Shown in pieces: positions 19,330 through 29,118 of a stretch of DNA of 64,000 bases. Location: the NCBI GenBank assembly GCA_963702095.1, contig OY969706.1, positions 2,688,001-2,752,000 of the forward strand. Reading direction: 5' to 3'. A program made the translations under genes and the position numbers. This DNA is from Candidatus Bathyarchaeota archaeon. Its GTDB lineage: Archaea; Thermoproteota; Bathyarchaeia; Bathyarchaeales; Bathycorpusculaceae. Under the pieces are notes generated by a model that was not told the DNA's origin, searched no databases, and saw only the letters and a program-made list of their open reading frames with translations. Within the stretch, counting starts at the first letter, position 1, and each line of letters opens with the position of its first letter.

Positions 19330-20278
19330 TCAATAGCGTCTGTCATTCCATCGGCAACCTTTACTGAAGTTAGTACAACCCCTATACCGTTCGCCTGTTT
19401 TTTGAGCAATACGCCAAACGAGTTTACCACCACAAACTGGGCAGTTACCAGCATCTTCATTTGAACTACTTATCTTCATTCGATGGTCTATCACATTTAC
19501 GATGAACTTCTCCTTATGGGCAAAGAAGAGAGGCAGATCATAAAGCTCGGTACTGCCCAGTGCAGAAAATTTGAGCGACTAATTTGCTTGCGTTGATTAA
19601 GCTGCTTATTTCGGTGCCTACGTTTTGAGCTAATCCGAGTTCTTGGAGCGCTTCGCGGACATGGCTGTCGGAAATACAGCATATTGCGGGGTGAAACTGG
19701 AACTGCCCGGCTTCTTTAAACTGTATTCTAAGCTCTCGGAATACAAGAAATAGTTTTACTTTAAGGTAAGCGTCGCCTGCATATCTTCTTGGGCTTCCAT
19801 TGAAGAGACTGCTGAGTTGCATTAGCCTGCTGGTATCGTTGTCCAGTACTCCAGCCCCCGAAAGGTATAAAATACATTTTATTTCGCGCCAAACAGACCC
19901 TTGAACACAATCGCCGTTTGCGATATAATCAAGCAGATTAAAAATCGCCGAATTTCCTATTTCACTACTTGCGAGTATTCTTAATTCATTATTAAGCTTT
20001 GGATCATTTTTCGCTTGTCTGAAATTCTCAATTGTGTACTTGTCTTTTATCGCTTGAAAAGCTTCGATACCTCTGTTTGTGCGGAGTGTTGGCTTATTAT
20101 TCCACAGGGACGCCAGTACAAACAGATGGAACAATCCATCTTCATCTATATCACCGTTTTTTTGCAATTCAATGCCAAGTAGGCTAGCCCAAGATTTTAG
20201 ACTGTTTTTATCAACAAATTCGCTATGTTCTTTGACGAACCATTCTGTTATTTCTCTACCGATTACTTCTGGGTTCAC
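19330..20278 (-). CDS. hypothetical HhH-glycosylase-like protein with C-terminal topoisomerase-type Zn ribbon, apparent frameshift near 19550
   Basis: KLFLVFREL and SDSHVREAL segments; removing one C continues YELYDLPLFF...CPVCGGKLVWRIAQKTGERYRGCTNFSKGCRW to a stop at 19330. Confidence 0.65.
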
Positions 20279-20356
20279 AGGTTTTTCCTCTCCTAGGAGT
20301 TATAGCCAACTAAAGAGTTAAATGCTTGTTCTTTAACACATTTAACTTGATAAAGC

Positions 20357-21178
20357 TTGCAGAAAAAAACGGTTTTTCCCAGAGACATTGTTCACATCAT
20401 TCCTTTGGGTCATGAGATAGATCGTGCAACGAAGGTATTTGATATTGCAAAGGCAAACCGCGCTTACATCTTAGCAACCATGGATACCTTTGGAAAACAC
20501 TCCGAAGCACTAGTTAAAGAACAAAAGTATTATACCGAAGAGGTTGTCCGAAAACTAGCGAAGAAAGGAATCGATATTATTGTCAAAAACGTCGATATGT
20601 TTGAAACCTCAGAGGTAATTCGTCAGCTCTCGGCAATTATTATCAGAGAAAAAGAAAGGAACAGCGATATTTCGATAAATATTTCCAGTGCAGGAAGATT
20701 AACTGCCGCTTTAGCTACGCTTGTGGCAATGGCGCATAAAGTAGACGCTTATTATCTAGAGGCAACCGCTTATCCTGAACGTCAGGAAGATCGAAAGATA
20801 CATGGATTAAGCATCTGTGATAGCTCCAAGATAAAATCTATTGAAAGCCTTCCAGTTGAGCTTCCCTTGCCACAAGAAATGGCAGTTCTAAAAGCTCTAA
20901 GCCAAAAATCGCCATTGAAACCCTACGAATTAATCCTATACCTAGCAAGAAACAATTTTCCGGGTTATCGAGAGCACGTACAGAGACTGGAAAAGGGCAT
21001 TCGCCGAAGCGACAAAGATTACGACGGAGTCTTGATTCCTTGCATGATGAAACTTAATAAGGGAATTTTAGAGAAACTAAAAACGAAAGGATATATTACC
21101 CGAGAAAAAGTTGGAAACAATAACTTAGTCGTACTACAGGAACCTGGAAGATTTGTAGCCTACTTTGCAGGCGACTAA
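20357..21178 (+). CDS. HFX_2341/DUF6293-like CARF-related domain plus winged-HTH regulator
   Basis: VHIIPLGHEIDR, INISSAGRLTA (CARF-like), C-terminal LEKLKTKGYITREKVG wHTH. Confidence 0.75.
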   Translation: MQKKTVFPRDIVHIIPLGHEIDRATKVFDIAKANRAYILATMDTFGKHSEALVKEQKYYTEEVVRKLAKKGIDIIVKNVDMFETSEVIRQLSAIIIREKERNSDISINISSAGRLTAALATLVAMAHKVDAYYLEATAYPERQEDRKIHGLSICDSSKIKSIESLPVELPLPQEMAVLKALSQKSPLKPYELILYLARNNFPGYREHVQRLEKGIRRSDKDYDGVLIPCMMKLNKGILEKLKTKGYITREKVGNNNLVVLQEPGRFVAYFAGD

Positions 21179-21261
21179 TAGAACGTGTTTATGCAAGCGA
21201 CTATAAAAAAGAGGTTTTTATATCGTTGCTGCATGATTTTAATGCAACGCGTTATAGCTTG

Positions 21262-21370
21262 CACAACCAGCCTGCAACCCAAACCAGACCCTGATGCCAA
21301 AAAGCAATTTTCTGCACAGCCAATTAGTTGTTGTTGTGTATAGGCGCTTTCCGCCAACAACAACTGATGA
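21262..21370 (+). repeat. intergenic repeat copy, M3 then hairpin M2 (21327-21370)
   Basis: cacaaccagcctgcaaccc...gccaaaaagcaat then GTTGTTGTTGTGTATAGGCGCTTTCCGCCAACAAC. Confidence 0.8.
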
Positions 21371-21460
21371 AAAACACCTAAATCCAGCCCTATTCCTACA
21401 GAAAAGTTAAATTAATTATGGCAAAGGATAATGTACTAACTGTTTGTGGAAGGTAACTTT

Positions 21461-22468
21461 ATGGCAGCATCCGAAGAAACACTTATGTGGGTTGAGAAGT
21501 ACCGACCCAGAACCCTCGACGAAGTCGTCGGTTTAAAAGACATCGTGGAAAGCCTCAAAGCATTCATGAGAAACCCCAAAACCATGCCTCACCTCATGTT
21601 CGCCGGGGTTCCAGGCACAGGAAAAACTACCCTTGCCCTAGCCATCGCCCACACACTCTACGGCGACAACTGGCGCAGCTTCACCCTCGAACTTAATGCC
21701 TCCGACGAGCGTGGCATCGACACCGTCCGCGACCGTATCAAAGACTTCAGCCGATACAGCAGAGGGGCCTTCGGAAACGTTCCCTTCTCCCTAATCATAC
21801 TCGACGAATGCGACCAAATGACTGGTCCAGCGCAGACCGCGTTGCGCCGCATCATGGAAGTCGGCAGCCGCACCTCAAGGTTCATCCTCATCTGTAACCA
21901 AAGCAGCAAAATCATCGAGCCCATCCAGAGCCGATGTGCCATATTCCGGTTCTCACGCGTCGACCGCCAAGCAATGAAAGACCACCTGATCTGCATCGCA
22001 AAAAAAGAAAAAATCACGTTACTGCCTGAAGCGGCTGAGCGCATTGTGGACTTCTCCGAGGGCGACCTAAGACACGCCATAAACGCCCTGCAAACCGCCT
22101 CAGCCTACAAGGAAGGCTACGTAGACGAGAAAACCGTTTCTTTGGTCATCGGCGAAGCCAGCCCAATGCAAGTCCAAAAAATGATCCGCAAAGCCCTCTA
22201 CGGCGACTTTATGGAAGCACGCAAAACCATGTATGACATCATGGGTTCCTACGGGTTCTCAGGCACAGAAATCATCCGTCAGATACAGCGGGAAATCTTT
22301 AAGATGTCGGATTTGACGCCTGAACAGAAAGCCGAGCTCTCAGGAGTAATCGGCGAATACGATTTCCGCTTAACAGAGGGCGCAAACAGCGACATCCAAC
22401 TCAGCGCGCTTCTCGCCCAGTTCGCCAAGTTTGGAAAAGGTATAGAGGAAAACTATGCAGCGCAGTGA
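21461..22468 (+). CDS. rfcS: replication factor C small subunit
   Basis: WVEKYRP, GVPGTGKT, ELNASDERG, DECD, IQSRC. Confidence 0.95.
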   Translation: MAASEETLMWVEKYRPRTLDEVVGLKDIVESLKAFMRNPKTMPHLMFAGVPGTGKTTLALAIAHTLYGDNWRSFTLELNASDERGIDTVRDRIKDFSRYSRGAFGNVPFSLIILDECDQMTGPAQTALRRIMEVGSRTSRFILICNQSSKIIEPIQSRCAIFRFSRVDRQAMKDHLICIAKKEKITLLPEAAERIVDFSEGDLRHAINALQTASAYKEGYVDEKTVSLVIGEASPMQVQKMIRKALYGDFMEARKTMYDIMGSYGFSGTEIIRQIQREIFKMSDLTPEQKAELSGVIGEYDFRLTEGANSDIQLSALLAQFAKFGKGIEENYAAQ

Positions 22469-23693
22469 CCTGCTCTGGGTTGAAAAGTATCGCCCGCAAA
22501 AAATCGAGGACATAACAGGCAACGACGAAGCTAAAGCCCTGTTTTTGGAGTGGCTCAAAAACAAACGGCACACAAAAAAAGCGGTGCTGCTCTATGGACC
22601 AGCAGGAGTAGGCAAAACTACGCTGGTTTTAGCTGCCGCCAAAGAGTTAGGTTTCACCGTCATCGAGATGAACGCCAGCGACACCCGCAACGAGAAAGCA
22701 ATCAACGCCATTGCCAAACCCGCCACCTCCTACAAGGCACTGGACAATTTTTCAGGTTCCCCTCAGACAGGCGGCAACGTTTTGTTCCTCGACGAAGTAG
22801 ACGGCATCGCAGGCAACGAAGACCGTGGCGGAGTCAGCGCCATCTTAAAAATCGTTGAGGACTCACTGGTGCCGGTGATTATGGCGGCTAACGACCCCGA
22901 AATTGAGAAGTTGCGGCCTCTAAAGAAAATCTGTTTGCTGGTTCGGTTCCAACAAGTCCGCATCCCACTCATCATCGCGCTATTGCAGAAAATCTGTCTT
23001 TTGGAGCATATTAGAGCCGAGTTTGAAGCGCTCGAACGCATCGCCCAGAACAGCAAAGGCGACGTCCGCTCAGCAATAAACGATTTGCAGAGCCTAAGTG
23101 AAGAAAACCACACCTTAACGTTGCAGGACACTATGATGCTTAGCAGCCGCAACAAAGACATAAGCATGGACGACACGCTCCGCGGCTACTTCACCGCTGA
23201 GTCCATCGCCCAAGCCTCAAGCCTGCTAAGCTACTCTAGCGTAGACTACGACGACTTCTTGCTCTCTGTCAGCGACAACTTGCCCAAACGTTACACCGAC
23301 GCGGTGGAGCTTGCCGAAGCCTACGAGTACTTGTCGCAAGCTGACCTCTTCAGAGGCAGAGTCGGCATCGAAAACTGGCATCTGCTCAAATACTTCTACA
23401 ACGCCCTATCCGAAGCCGCCGCAGTCAACCCAAAATCCTACAAGCCTTTCACCTTCATCACGCCGCCAATCCGCATAATCACCTTGTTCTGGACCAAAGC
23501 CAAACGCAATACCCTCGATGCCATATGCGGCAAAATCGGCGCCAAATGCCATGTCTCACATGCCCTCGCCAAAGAAAGCTACGTGCCCTACATCAAATTG
23601 ATACTGCAGAAGAAACGCAGCAGCCCCCTAGCGGCGTGGTTTGAGTTTACGCCTGAAGAAGTGGATTTCTTGGTTAAAATGGGCAGGTTCTGA
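22455..23693 (+). CDS. rfcL: replication factor C large subunit
   Basis: WVEKYRP, GPAGVGKT, EMNASD, DEVDGI, GDVRSAINDLQ. Confidence 0.92.
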   Translation: MQRSDLLWVEKYRPQKIEDITGNDEAKALFLEWLKNKRHTKKAVLLYGPAGVGKTTLVLAAAKELGFTVIEMNASDTRNEKAINAIAKPATSYKALDNFSGSPQTGGNVLFLDEVDGIAGNEDRGGVSAILKIVEDSLVPVIMAANDPEIEKLRPLKKICLLVRFQQVRIPLIIALLQKICLLEHIRAEFEALERIAQNSKGDVRSAINDLQSLSEENHTLTLQDTMMLSSRNKDISMDDTLRGYFTAESIAQASSLLSYSSVDYDDFLLSVSDNLPKRYTDAVELAEAYEYLSQADLFRGRVGIENWHLLKYFYNALSEAAAVNPKSYKPFTFITPPIRIITLFWTKAKRNTLDAICGKIGAKCHVSHALAKESYVPYIKLILQKKRSSPLAAWFEFTPEEVDFLVKMGRF

Positions 23694-24037
23694 TGGGTAT
23701 GACGATTGTTTTGAACGGCAAAGGCTTCAAGCTTCCTCGGCTGGAGAAAGAAAAATTCCTCAACCTGATGCATCTGGGTTTAGACTACAACCGAGACACC
23801 GGATTATTCTCTATCAAAAGCTACAATAACATCGAAAAAGTCATCGAAACTGTAGGCGACATCTTAGGCGACGAAGTGATCTTCCAGCAGACCTGCATCC
23901 GCTGCGGCAGAAGCTTCGGCTGCAAAGAATGCAGCTACATTGAACTCTGCACCACAAAGAATTTGCCGTTTAGCTGTGTGTGTCCCCAGTGTCTGCGTGA
24001 CAGAAAAAACTTTGAACAGTATCTTACAAGGTTCTGA
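23693..24037 (+). CDS. Cys-rich hypothetical protein coupled to rfcL
   Basis: TGATG stop/start overlap; CxxC-x4-CxxC-x4-C-x8-CxCxxC. Confidence 0.7.
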   Translation: MGMTIVLNGKGFKLPRLEKEKFLNLMHLGLDYNRDTGLFSIKSYNNIEKVIETVGDILGDEVIFQQTCIRCGRSFGCKECSYIELCTTKNLPFSCVCPQCLRDRKNFEQYLTRF

Positions 24038-24090
24038 TTGGCTACTGCTTGAATCGGTAGATCAAAAAGTCGTGTTCTATTTGAGGTTGG

Positions 24091-24220
24091 CTCCACAACC
24101 AGTCTGTAACGCCTCTGGAAGCCTGAACCCAAAAAGCAATCCGCAACCATATCCGCTGGAAGATGATGAGTAAGGGAGGCTTCTCCTTCTTCTAACACTA
24201 AAAAAGCAGAGATAGGAAAG
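24091..24220 (+). repeat. intergenic repeat copy, M3+M4
   Basis: ctccacaaccagtctgtaac...aagcctgaacccaaaaagcaat...gaagatgatgagtaagggaggcttctccttcttctaa. Confidence 0.75.
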
Positions 24221-24313
24221 TCAGTGAAAGCAGCACAACCGCTGTATACAAAAGCATCGCCCGACCACGCAAAAACCACCTTAGATACTCTTATTTAACC
24301 AGCCTCGTTTAGC

Positions 24314-25864
24314 TTGATGGAGCAATCACCTTTGACAAGCAACATCGAATCAGCATACAGGGAACTTTTAGCTAAAAACAAAGACACAACAGTCCTCGGC
24401 ACGGCAGAGGGCATAATCCACTGGGACATGGAAACCATGATACCGCCCAAAGCCATCAACCAACGCAGCGAACAACTTGCATTGCTCAGCCGCATACATC
24501 ACAAACTGGGCACTGACCCTCAAATCGGCAAACTCTTAGGCACAATCCAAACCAGCCCAGAATACAGCAATTTTGGGCAAGTGGAAAAACGCAACCTCTA
24601 CCTCATCGACAAAGACTTCCGTGAACAAACCGCGTTGCCAGAGCGGTTGGTCGGGGAGTTGGCGATGCAGGAAGCCATCACCGTGAACGCTTGGAAGAAG
24701 GCGAAGGCAAAAAAGGAGTTCAACCTCTACAAAGCCGACCTGCAGAAGCTATTTGACCTAAGCATGGAAGCTGCGGAAATCCTCATGAAAGTCAAAGAAG
24801 TCAAAACACCCTATGAAGCTTTGATCGATAATTTTGAGCCGCAAATGTCGGTGGAAACCATCACCAAAACCTTCACCACCTTGCTATCTGGGCTTAAACC
24901 GCTGATCAGCAAGATCGAGGCTGCACAAACCCCATCCGCCCCCAACACACTCAACCACACCGTGCCAGTGGAAACCCAACGCAGAATCACCCAACTCGTA
25001 ACCCAAACACTGGGCTATGATACCGCTTCACCCGTGGCAGGCGGCAGAGTAGACGAAACCGAACACCCCTTCACAACAGGCTACTACGACGATGTCCGCA
25101 TAACCACACATTACTACCCAAACAATTTTGCCAGTTCCCTGTTTTCAGTGCTCCACGAGTCAGGACACGCCATCTACGAGCAAAACCTCCCAGAGAAATG
25201 GATGTACCAGCCCGTTGGCTCCACATGCAGCTATGGAGTTCACGAGTCGCAGTCACGTTTCTACGAGAACCTAATCGGACGTTCAGAAGAGTTCTGGACG
25301 GGTTTTCTCCCAAAAGCTAAGCAGGCAGCACCTAGCTTAAGCGAGATGCAACTGGAACCCTTCATGCAGGCAGTGAATAGGGTTGAGCGCTCGAAAATCC
25401 GCATAGAAGCCGACGAAGTCACCTACAGCATCCACATCATCATCCGCTTCGAGTTAGAACGCGACCTCTTTGGGGGCAAAATACGAATCGATGAGTTGCC
25501 GGCGGTTTGGAACCAAAAGTACGCTGATTACCTTGGCGTTAAGGTAGAGGATGATTCAGAAGGCGTTATGCAGGATACTCATTGGGCAAGTGGACTCTAC
25601 GGTTACTTCCCAAGCTATGCGTTGGGCAATATTTATGATGGGCAAATCAACACCGCCCTAGCCAAGGCATTGCCAGACGGGCAAAGCCAACTCTGTGAGG
25701 GAAAACTCGGCGAAGTCAACTTGTGGCTTAAAGAAAACATCCACCAAAGAGGAAACCTCTATGACCCCCAAGAACTCATAAAACTGGCAACCGGAGTAGG
25801 CTTGGATTCAGCGCCGTTTATCGACTACCTCAACAGGAAATATGGCAAGCTTTATGGTTTCTGA
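24314..25864 (+). CDS. M32 metallocarboxypeptidase
   Basis: HPF, DVRITT, HESGH, HESQ, IRIEAD, QDTHW, GYFPSY. Confidence 0.95.
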   Translation: MMEQSPLTSNIESAYRELLAKNKDTTVLGTAEGIIHWDMETMIPPKAINQRSEQLALLSRIHHKLGTDPQIGKLLGTIQTSPEYSNFGQVEKRNLYLIDKDFREQTALPERLVGELAMQEAITVNAWKKAKAKKEFNLYKADLQKLFDLSMEAAEILMKVKEVKTPYEALIDNFEPQMSVETITKTFTTLLSGLKPLISKIEAAQTPSAPNTLNHTVPVETQRRITQLVTQTLGYDTASPVAGGRVDETEHPFTTGYYDDVRITTHYYPNNFASSLFSVLHESGHAIYEQNLPEKWMYQPVGSTCSYGVHESQSRFYENLIGRSEEFWTGFLPKAKQAAPSLSEMQLEPFMQAVNRVERSKIRIEADEVTYSIHIIIRFELERDLFGGKIRIDELPAVWNQKYADYLGVKVEDDSEGVMQDTHWASGLYGYFPSYALGNIYDGQINTALAKALPDGQSQLCEGKLGEVNLWLKENIHQRGNLYDPQELIKLATGVGLDSAPFIDYLNRKYGKLYGF

Positions 25865-26049
25865 GGTGCGATAGTTTGTTTTTTGGTTAGTTCCTTGTAG
25901 ATGTAGAGTATGAAGTAGGCTGCGATGGAGCCGATGAAGAGGTAGATGCCAGTGTAGCCAACGATTGCGTTGTAAGTGTTGGCGCCGTAGAGGAAAAGCA
26001 GAAACCCAGCGATGAAAACAGATAGAAGGGTCCAGTCAGTCCATGACAT
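25852..26049 (-). CDS. small two-TM membrane protein
   Basis: Two hydrophobic helices; ATG at 26049 with GAGG upstream. Confidence 0.65.
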   Translation of the reverse strand: MSWTDWTLLSVFIAGFLLFLYGANTYNAIVGYTGIYLFIGSIAAYFILYIYKELTKKQTIAPQKP

Positions 26050-26144
26050 CAAAGTTCCTCTCTCAATAAAGGCATTCAATGAGAAACTGGGGATATAAAG
26101 ATTCAGGGAAAAAAGCGTTTAAAACTACGCTACAGAGAAAGATG

Positions 26145-26470
26145 TGTAACCGACAAATCGGTGCCAAAAAAGTTGGTGTCAATTACAAACGCCTTATGTA
26201 ACCCGACATTATTATATACAAGAGAACATACAGACAGCGATCGAGGTTAAAAAATGTCGGGAACCGACATAAAAAAGCCAGAAACACGCGAAGACTTTTT
26301 AAAAATGCTCATTGAAGCTGCAAAGAAAGAGGTAAACTCTAAAGGCAAGCCAGCAAAACCGACAGTTGTCGGAACAGCCAAAGAAATTAACATCCACAGA
26401 GACACACTTTACTCCTGGCTAAAAGAGTTTAATGTCGATTATAAGGAGATATTAGATCGTATGCCGACAA
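26145..26470. promoter_or_regulatory. cluster of CCGACA/TGTCGG sites, candidate operator array
   Basis: Sites at 26150, 26203, 26255, 26264, 26359, 26367, 26464; palindromes ATGTCGG-GAA-CCGACAT and CCGACA-GT-TGTCGG. Confidence 0.6.
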
Positions 26471-27693
26471 AACATGAGGACAAAAAAGAAAATTCAGGCC
26501 CAGTCTACTTGATTGGTGAATCATTAGTTGGGGAAGGAAACGAAGTTGCACACATAGACCTTATGATAGGCGACAAGAACGGACCAATCGGTCAAGCCTT
26601 CGCAAACGGTATGGCAAGCCTATCCGCGGGGCACACGCCGCTCCTCGCTGTCATCCGCCCTAACCTGCCGCCCAAGCCATACACACTAATTGTCCCAAAA
26701 GTCACCGTTAAAAACATGGAGGACACCGGCAAAATCTTCGGTCCAGCGCAGGCAGCAGTCGCAAAAGCCATCGCTGACTCAGCCGAAGAAGGCGTATTAC
26801 CAGTCGATAAACTCGACGATTGGGTCATCATCTGCAGTGTCTTCATCCACCCAAAAGCCACTGACTACCGCAAGATCTACCAGTACAACTACGGCGCAAC
26901 AAAGATGGCGCTACAACGTGCACTAAATAAGTATCCTTCACTGGAAAAAATCATTTACGACAAAGACCGTGCAAAACACCCGATCATGGGCTTCAAGGTT
27001 CCACGGTTATGGAGACCACCGTACCTCCAGATTGCGCTTGACGCACCCTCATTGGAAGGCGCAAAGAAAGTCATAGAGCAATTGCCGGGAAGCGACAGAA
27101 TCATAATTGAAGTCGGAACCCCACTCATTAAACGCTACGGCACACGCGCAATCGGTGAATTACGAACAGTAGCCAAAGACAAATTCATCATAGCCGACCT
27201 CAAAACCCTTGACGTAGGCAAAGTCGAAGCTGACATCGCCTATGAAGACACAGCAGACGCAGTCGTCGCAGCAGGTTTAGCGCCTCCAGAAACCCTTGAC
27301 GCAACCGTACAAGAAGCCAAGCGCCTAGGAATCTACGGAGTCATCGACATGCTAAACGTAGAGGATGTCCTCGCTAAGCTGAAGTCGCTAAAAGAATTCC
27401 CAGATATCGTCATTTTGCATCGAGGCATCGACCAAGAAAGCGGCAGAACCTGCGGTTTAGAACGCATACAGATGATCCGCAAAGCATTCCCCAACAAGAA
27501 ACTCCTCATCGCAGTCGCAGGCGGCATCATCCCCGAAACAGCTAAAGAAGCACTTGAACAGGGCGCAGACATAATCATCGTCGGCAGATATGTCACACAG
27601 AGCAGAGACATCGAACGGTCAGTGCGAGACTTCCTTGAATTGACGCCTTCAATGCGTGAAGACATCGACCTCTACAGAGTCCACACCGAATAA
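26254..27693 (+). CDS. fae-hps: HTH + formaldehyde-activating enzyme + 3-hexulose-6-phosphate synthase fusion
   Basis: IGESLVGEGNEVAHIDL, GHTPLLAV, FGPAQAAVA (Fae); PYLQIALD, IEVGTPL, ADLKTLD, HRGID, VAGG (Hps); extra ~80-aa N-terminal HTH. Confidence 0.92.
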   Translation: MSGTDIKKPETREDFLKMLIEAAKKEVNSKGKPAKPTVVGTAKEINIHRDTLYSWLKEFNVDYKEILDRMPTKHEDKKENSGPVYLIGESLVGEGNEVAHIDLMIGDKNGPIGQAFANGMASLSAGHTPLLAVIRPNLPPKPYTLIVPKVTVKNMEDTGKIFGPAQAAVAKAIADSAEEGVLPVDKLDDWVIICSVFIHPKATDYRKIYQYNYGATKMALQRALNKYPSLEKIIYDKDRAKHPIMGFKVPRLWRPPYLQIALDAPSLEGAKKVIEQLPGSDRIIIEVGTPLIKRYGTRAIGELRTVAKDKFIIADLKTLDVGKVEADIAYEDTADAVVAAGLAPPETLDATVQEAKRLGIYGVIDMLNVEDVLAKLKSLKEFPDIVILHRGIDQESGRTCGLERIQMIRKAFPNKKLLIAVAGGIIPETAKEALEQGADIIIVGRYVTQSRDIERSVRDFLELTPSMREDIDLYRVHTE

Positions 27694-27731
27694 ACCCATC
27701 TTGAGCGTTATTACGTTTGCCACATTTTCTT

Positions 27732-28991
27732 TTATTTTGAAGCTTTTATTGAGATAAAGGCAACCAGAAAAATCACAGCGGTAATTACGAAAATTGGGAT
27801 ATAGACGTATTGGTTGGGCAGGAACTTGAAGTAGTTGGCGAGGAAGGGGCCGGTAAACGCGCCTACTGCTGCGCCTAAACCGACCATGCCGTCGAAGAAG
27901 CCTGCTTTTCCTTGAGGGATAATCTCCATCGAAAGCGAAAGCATCATAATATAGTACATTGCAAAGGCAAAACCCAAGAGGACAAGTAGCATGCAAGTAA
28001 AGAGGGTTGGTTCGATGGCGAACCAAACTACTCCGACCAAGGCAAACAATAGAAGGCCTCGTAACAGTATGAATCGGGGCATCTGTCTTCGTATGTTAAT
28101 GCTGGATGCTCGGCCGCTAATCAGGAAGTAGCCAGCTAAAGCCCCAACAGAGCTGAAGATATAGGCTAGGTACACAAACTGCTGTTGCCCCCCAAATAAG
28201 TCTCTTAAGTATATTGGCAGAGGCGTAAAGAAGAGGCTGGTTGCAAGAGAAAACAGGACTATCGCAAACGCAAAACCTACAAAGCTATCCCGTTTTAGGG
28301 AACCCTTCCAGCGTTTTCCATCCATCAGCCTAGCGGAACCTTCAAGGCCGCGGTGGGTATAATCGAGGCTTCTCTCTATGCCCACGAGGCGACGCTCAAA
28401 AATCATCAATGGATCAGCAATCAAGACCACAGCGGATATAAACGCGACGACGCTCAGGGCACTACAAATATACAGGGTATAAGTTGCCAATATTGAAAAT
28501 TGAATTGCAGTTGCAAACAGAAACATGCCGATTGCTAAGCCCGCGATGAAACCAACTTCTGTTATTCCCTCATATAATCCAAAGGAGCGTTCCCAGTCTG
28601 TGCGGCTGTAATGCTCTGTAATGAGGATGTTTTTTGGGGATTCATGGGCTACGTGAAGCATCTGCATGATTACATAGAGGACTACGAAAACGATGAGGTT
28701 CTGGGAGAAGGGCAAAGTCATGAGAAAGAGAATGAGGGCTATTGAACCGAAAGAAAGCAGAATGAACGCTTTGTAATGCCTTGTTTTATCACAGAGGTAA
28801 CCCCACAGAAAAGAAGCGGGAATAGAGCAGAAGATAGCAATCGAAGTCATAACGCCCAAAGCAAGCATGGGTCCACCTAAGATGCTTGTGTCCTGAAAAA
28901 CCACCACGTATAGCGGTATGAAGACAGTAAGTAACCCAAAGGCTACATCGTGGAAGAGGAACCCAAGCCGCCACATAGCCAAACACCACAC
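27732..28991 (-). CDS. MFS transporter
   Basis: About 12 TM helices; WGYLCDKTRHYK motif-A-like loop. Confidence 0.85.
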   Translation of the reverse strand: MWCLAMWRLGFLFHDVAFGLLTVFIPLYVVVFQDTSILGGPMLALGVMTSIAIFCSIPASFLWGYLCDKTRHYKAFILLSFGSIALILFLMTLPFSQNLIVFVVLYVIMQMLHVAHESPKNILITEHYSRTDWERSFGLYEGITEVGFIAGLAIGMFLFATAIQFSILATYTLYICSALSVVAFISAVVLIADPLMIFERRLVGIERSLDYTHRGLEGSARLMDGKRWKGSLKRDSFVGFAFAIVLFSLATSLFFTPLPIYLRDLFGGQQQFVYLAYIFSSVGALAGYFLISGRASSINIRRQMPRFILLRGLLLFALVGVVWFAIEPTLFTCMLLVLLGFAFAMYYIMMLSLSMEIIPQGKAGFFDGMVGLGAAVGAFTGPFLANYFKFLPNQYVYIPIFVITAVIFLVAFISIKASK

Positions 28992-29118
28992 ACAGGAGAG
29001 ATTAAAACGTTTACTAGCTCAGTAACAGAATACGCTTGAAATCTTCTTTTCAGCGATTAAGCCAAAAAGAAGCTATTGCTGGATAAAGCTGAAATATTGA
29101 TACAAATATTACTTAGCC

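Noticed and set aside
24121-24175. CTGA and ATGATGA in M3/M4 as C/D-box sRNA motifs
   Set aside because: Boxes are in the wrong order and spacing for a guide RNA, and ATGATGA is not kept in the 32222 copy.
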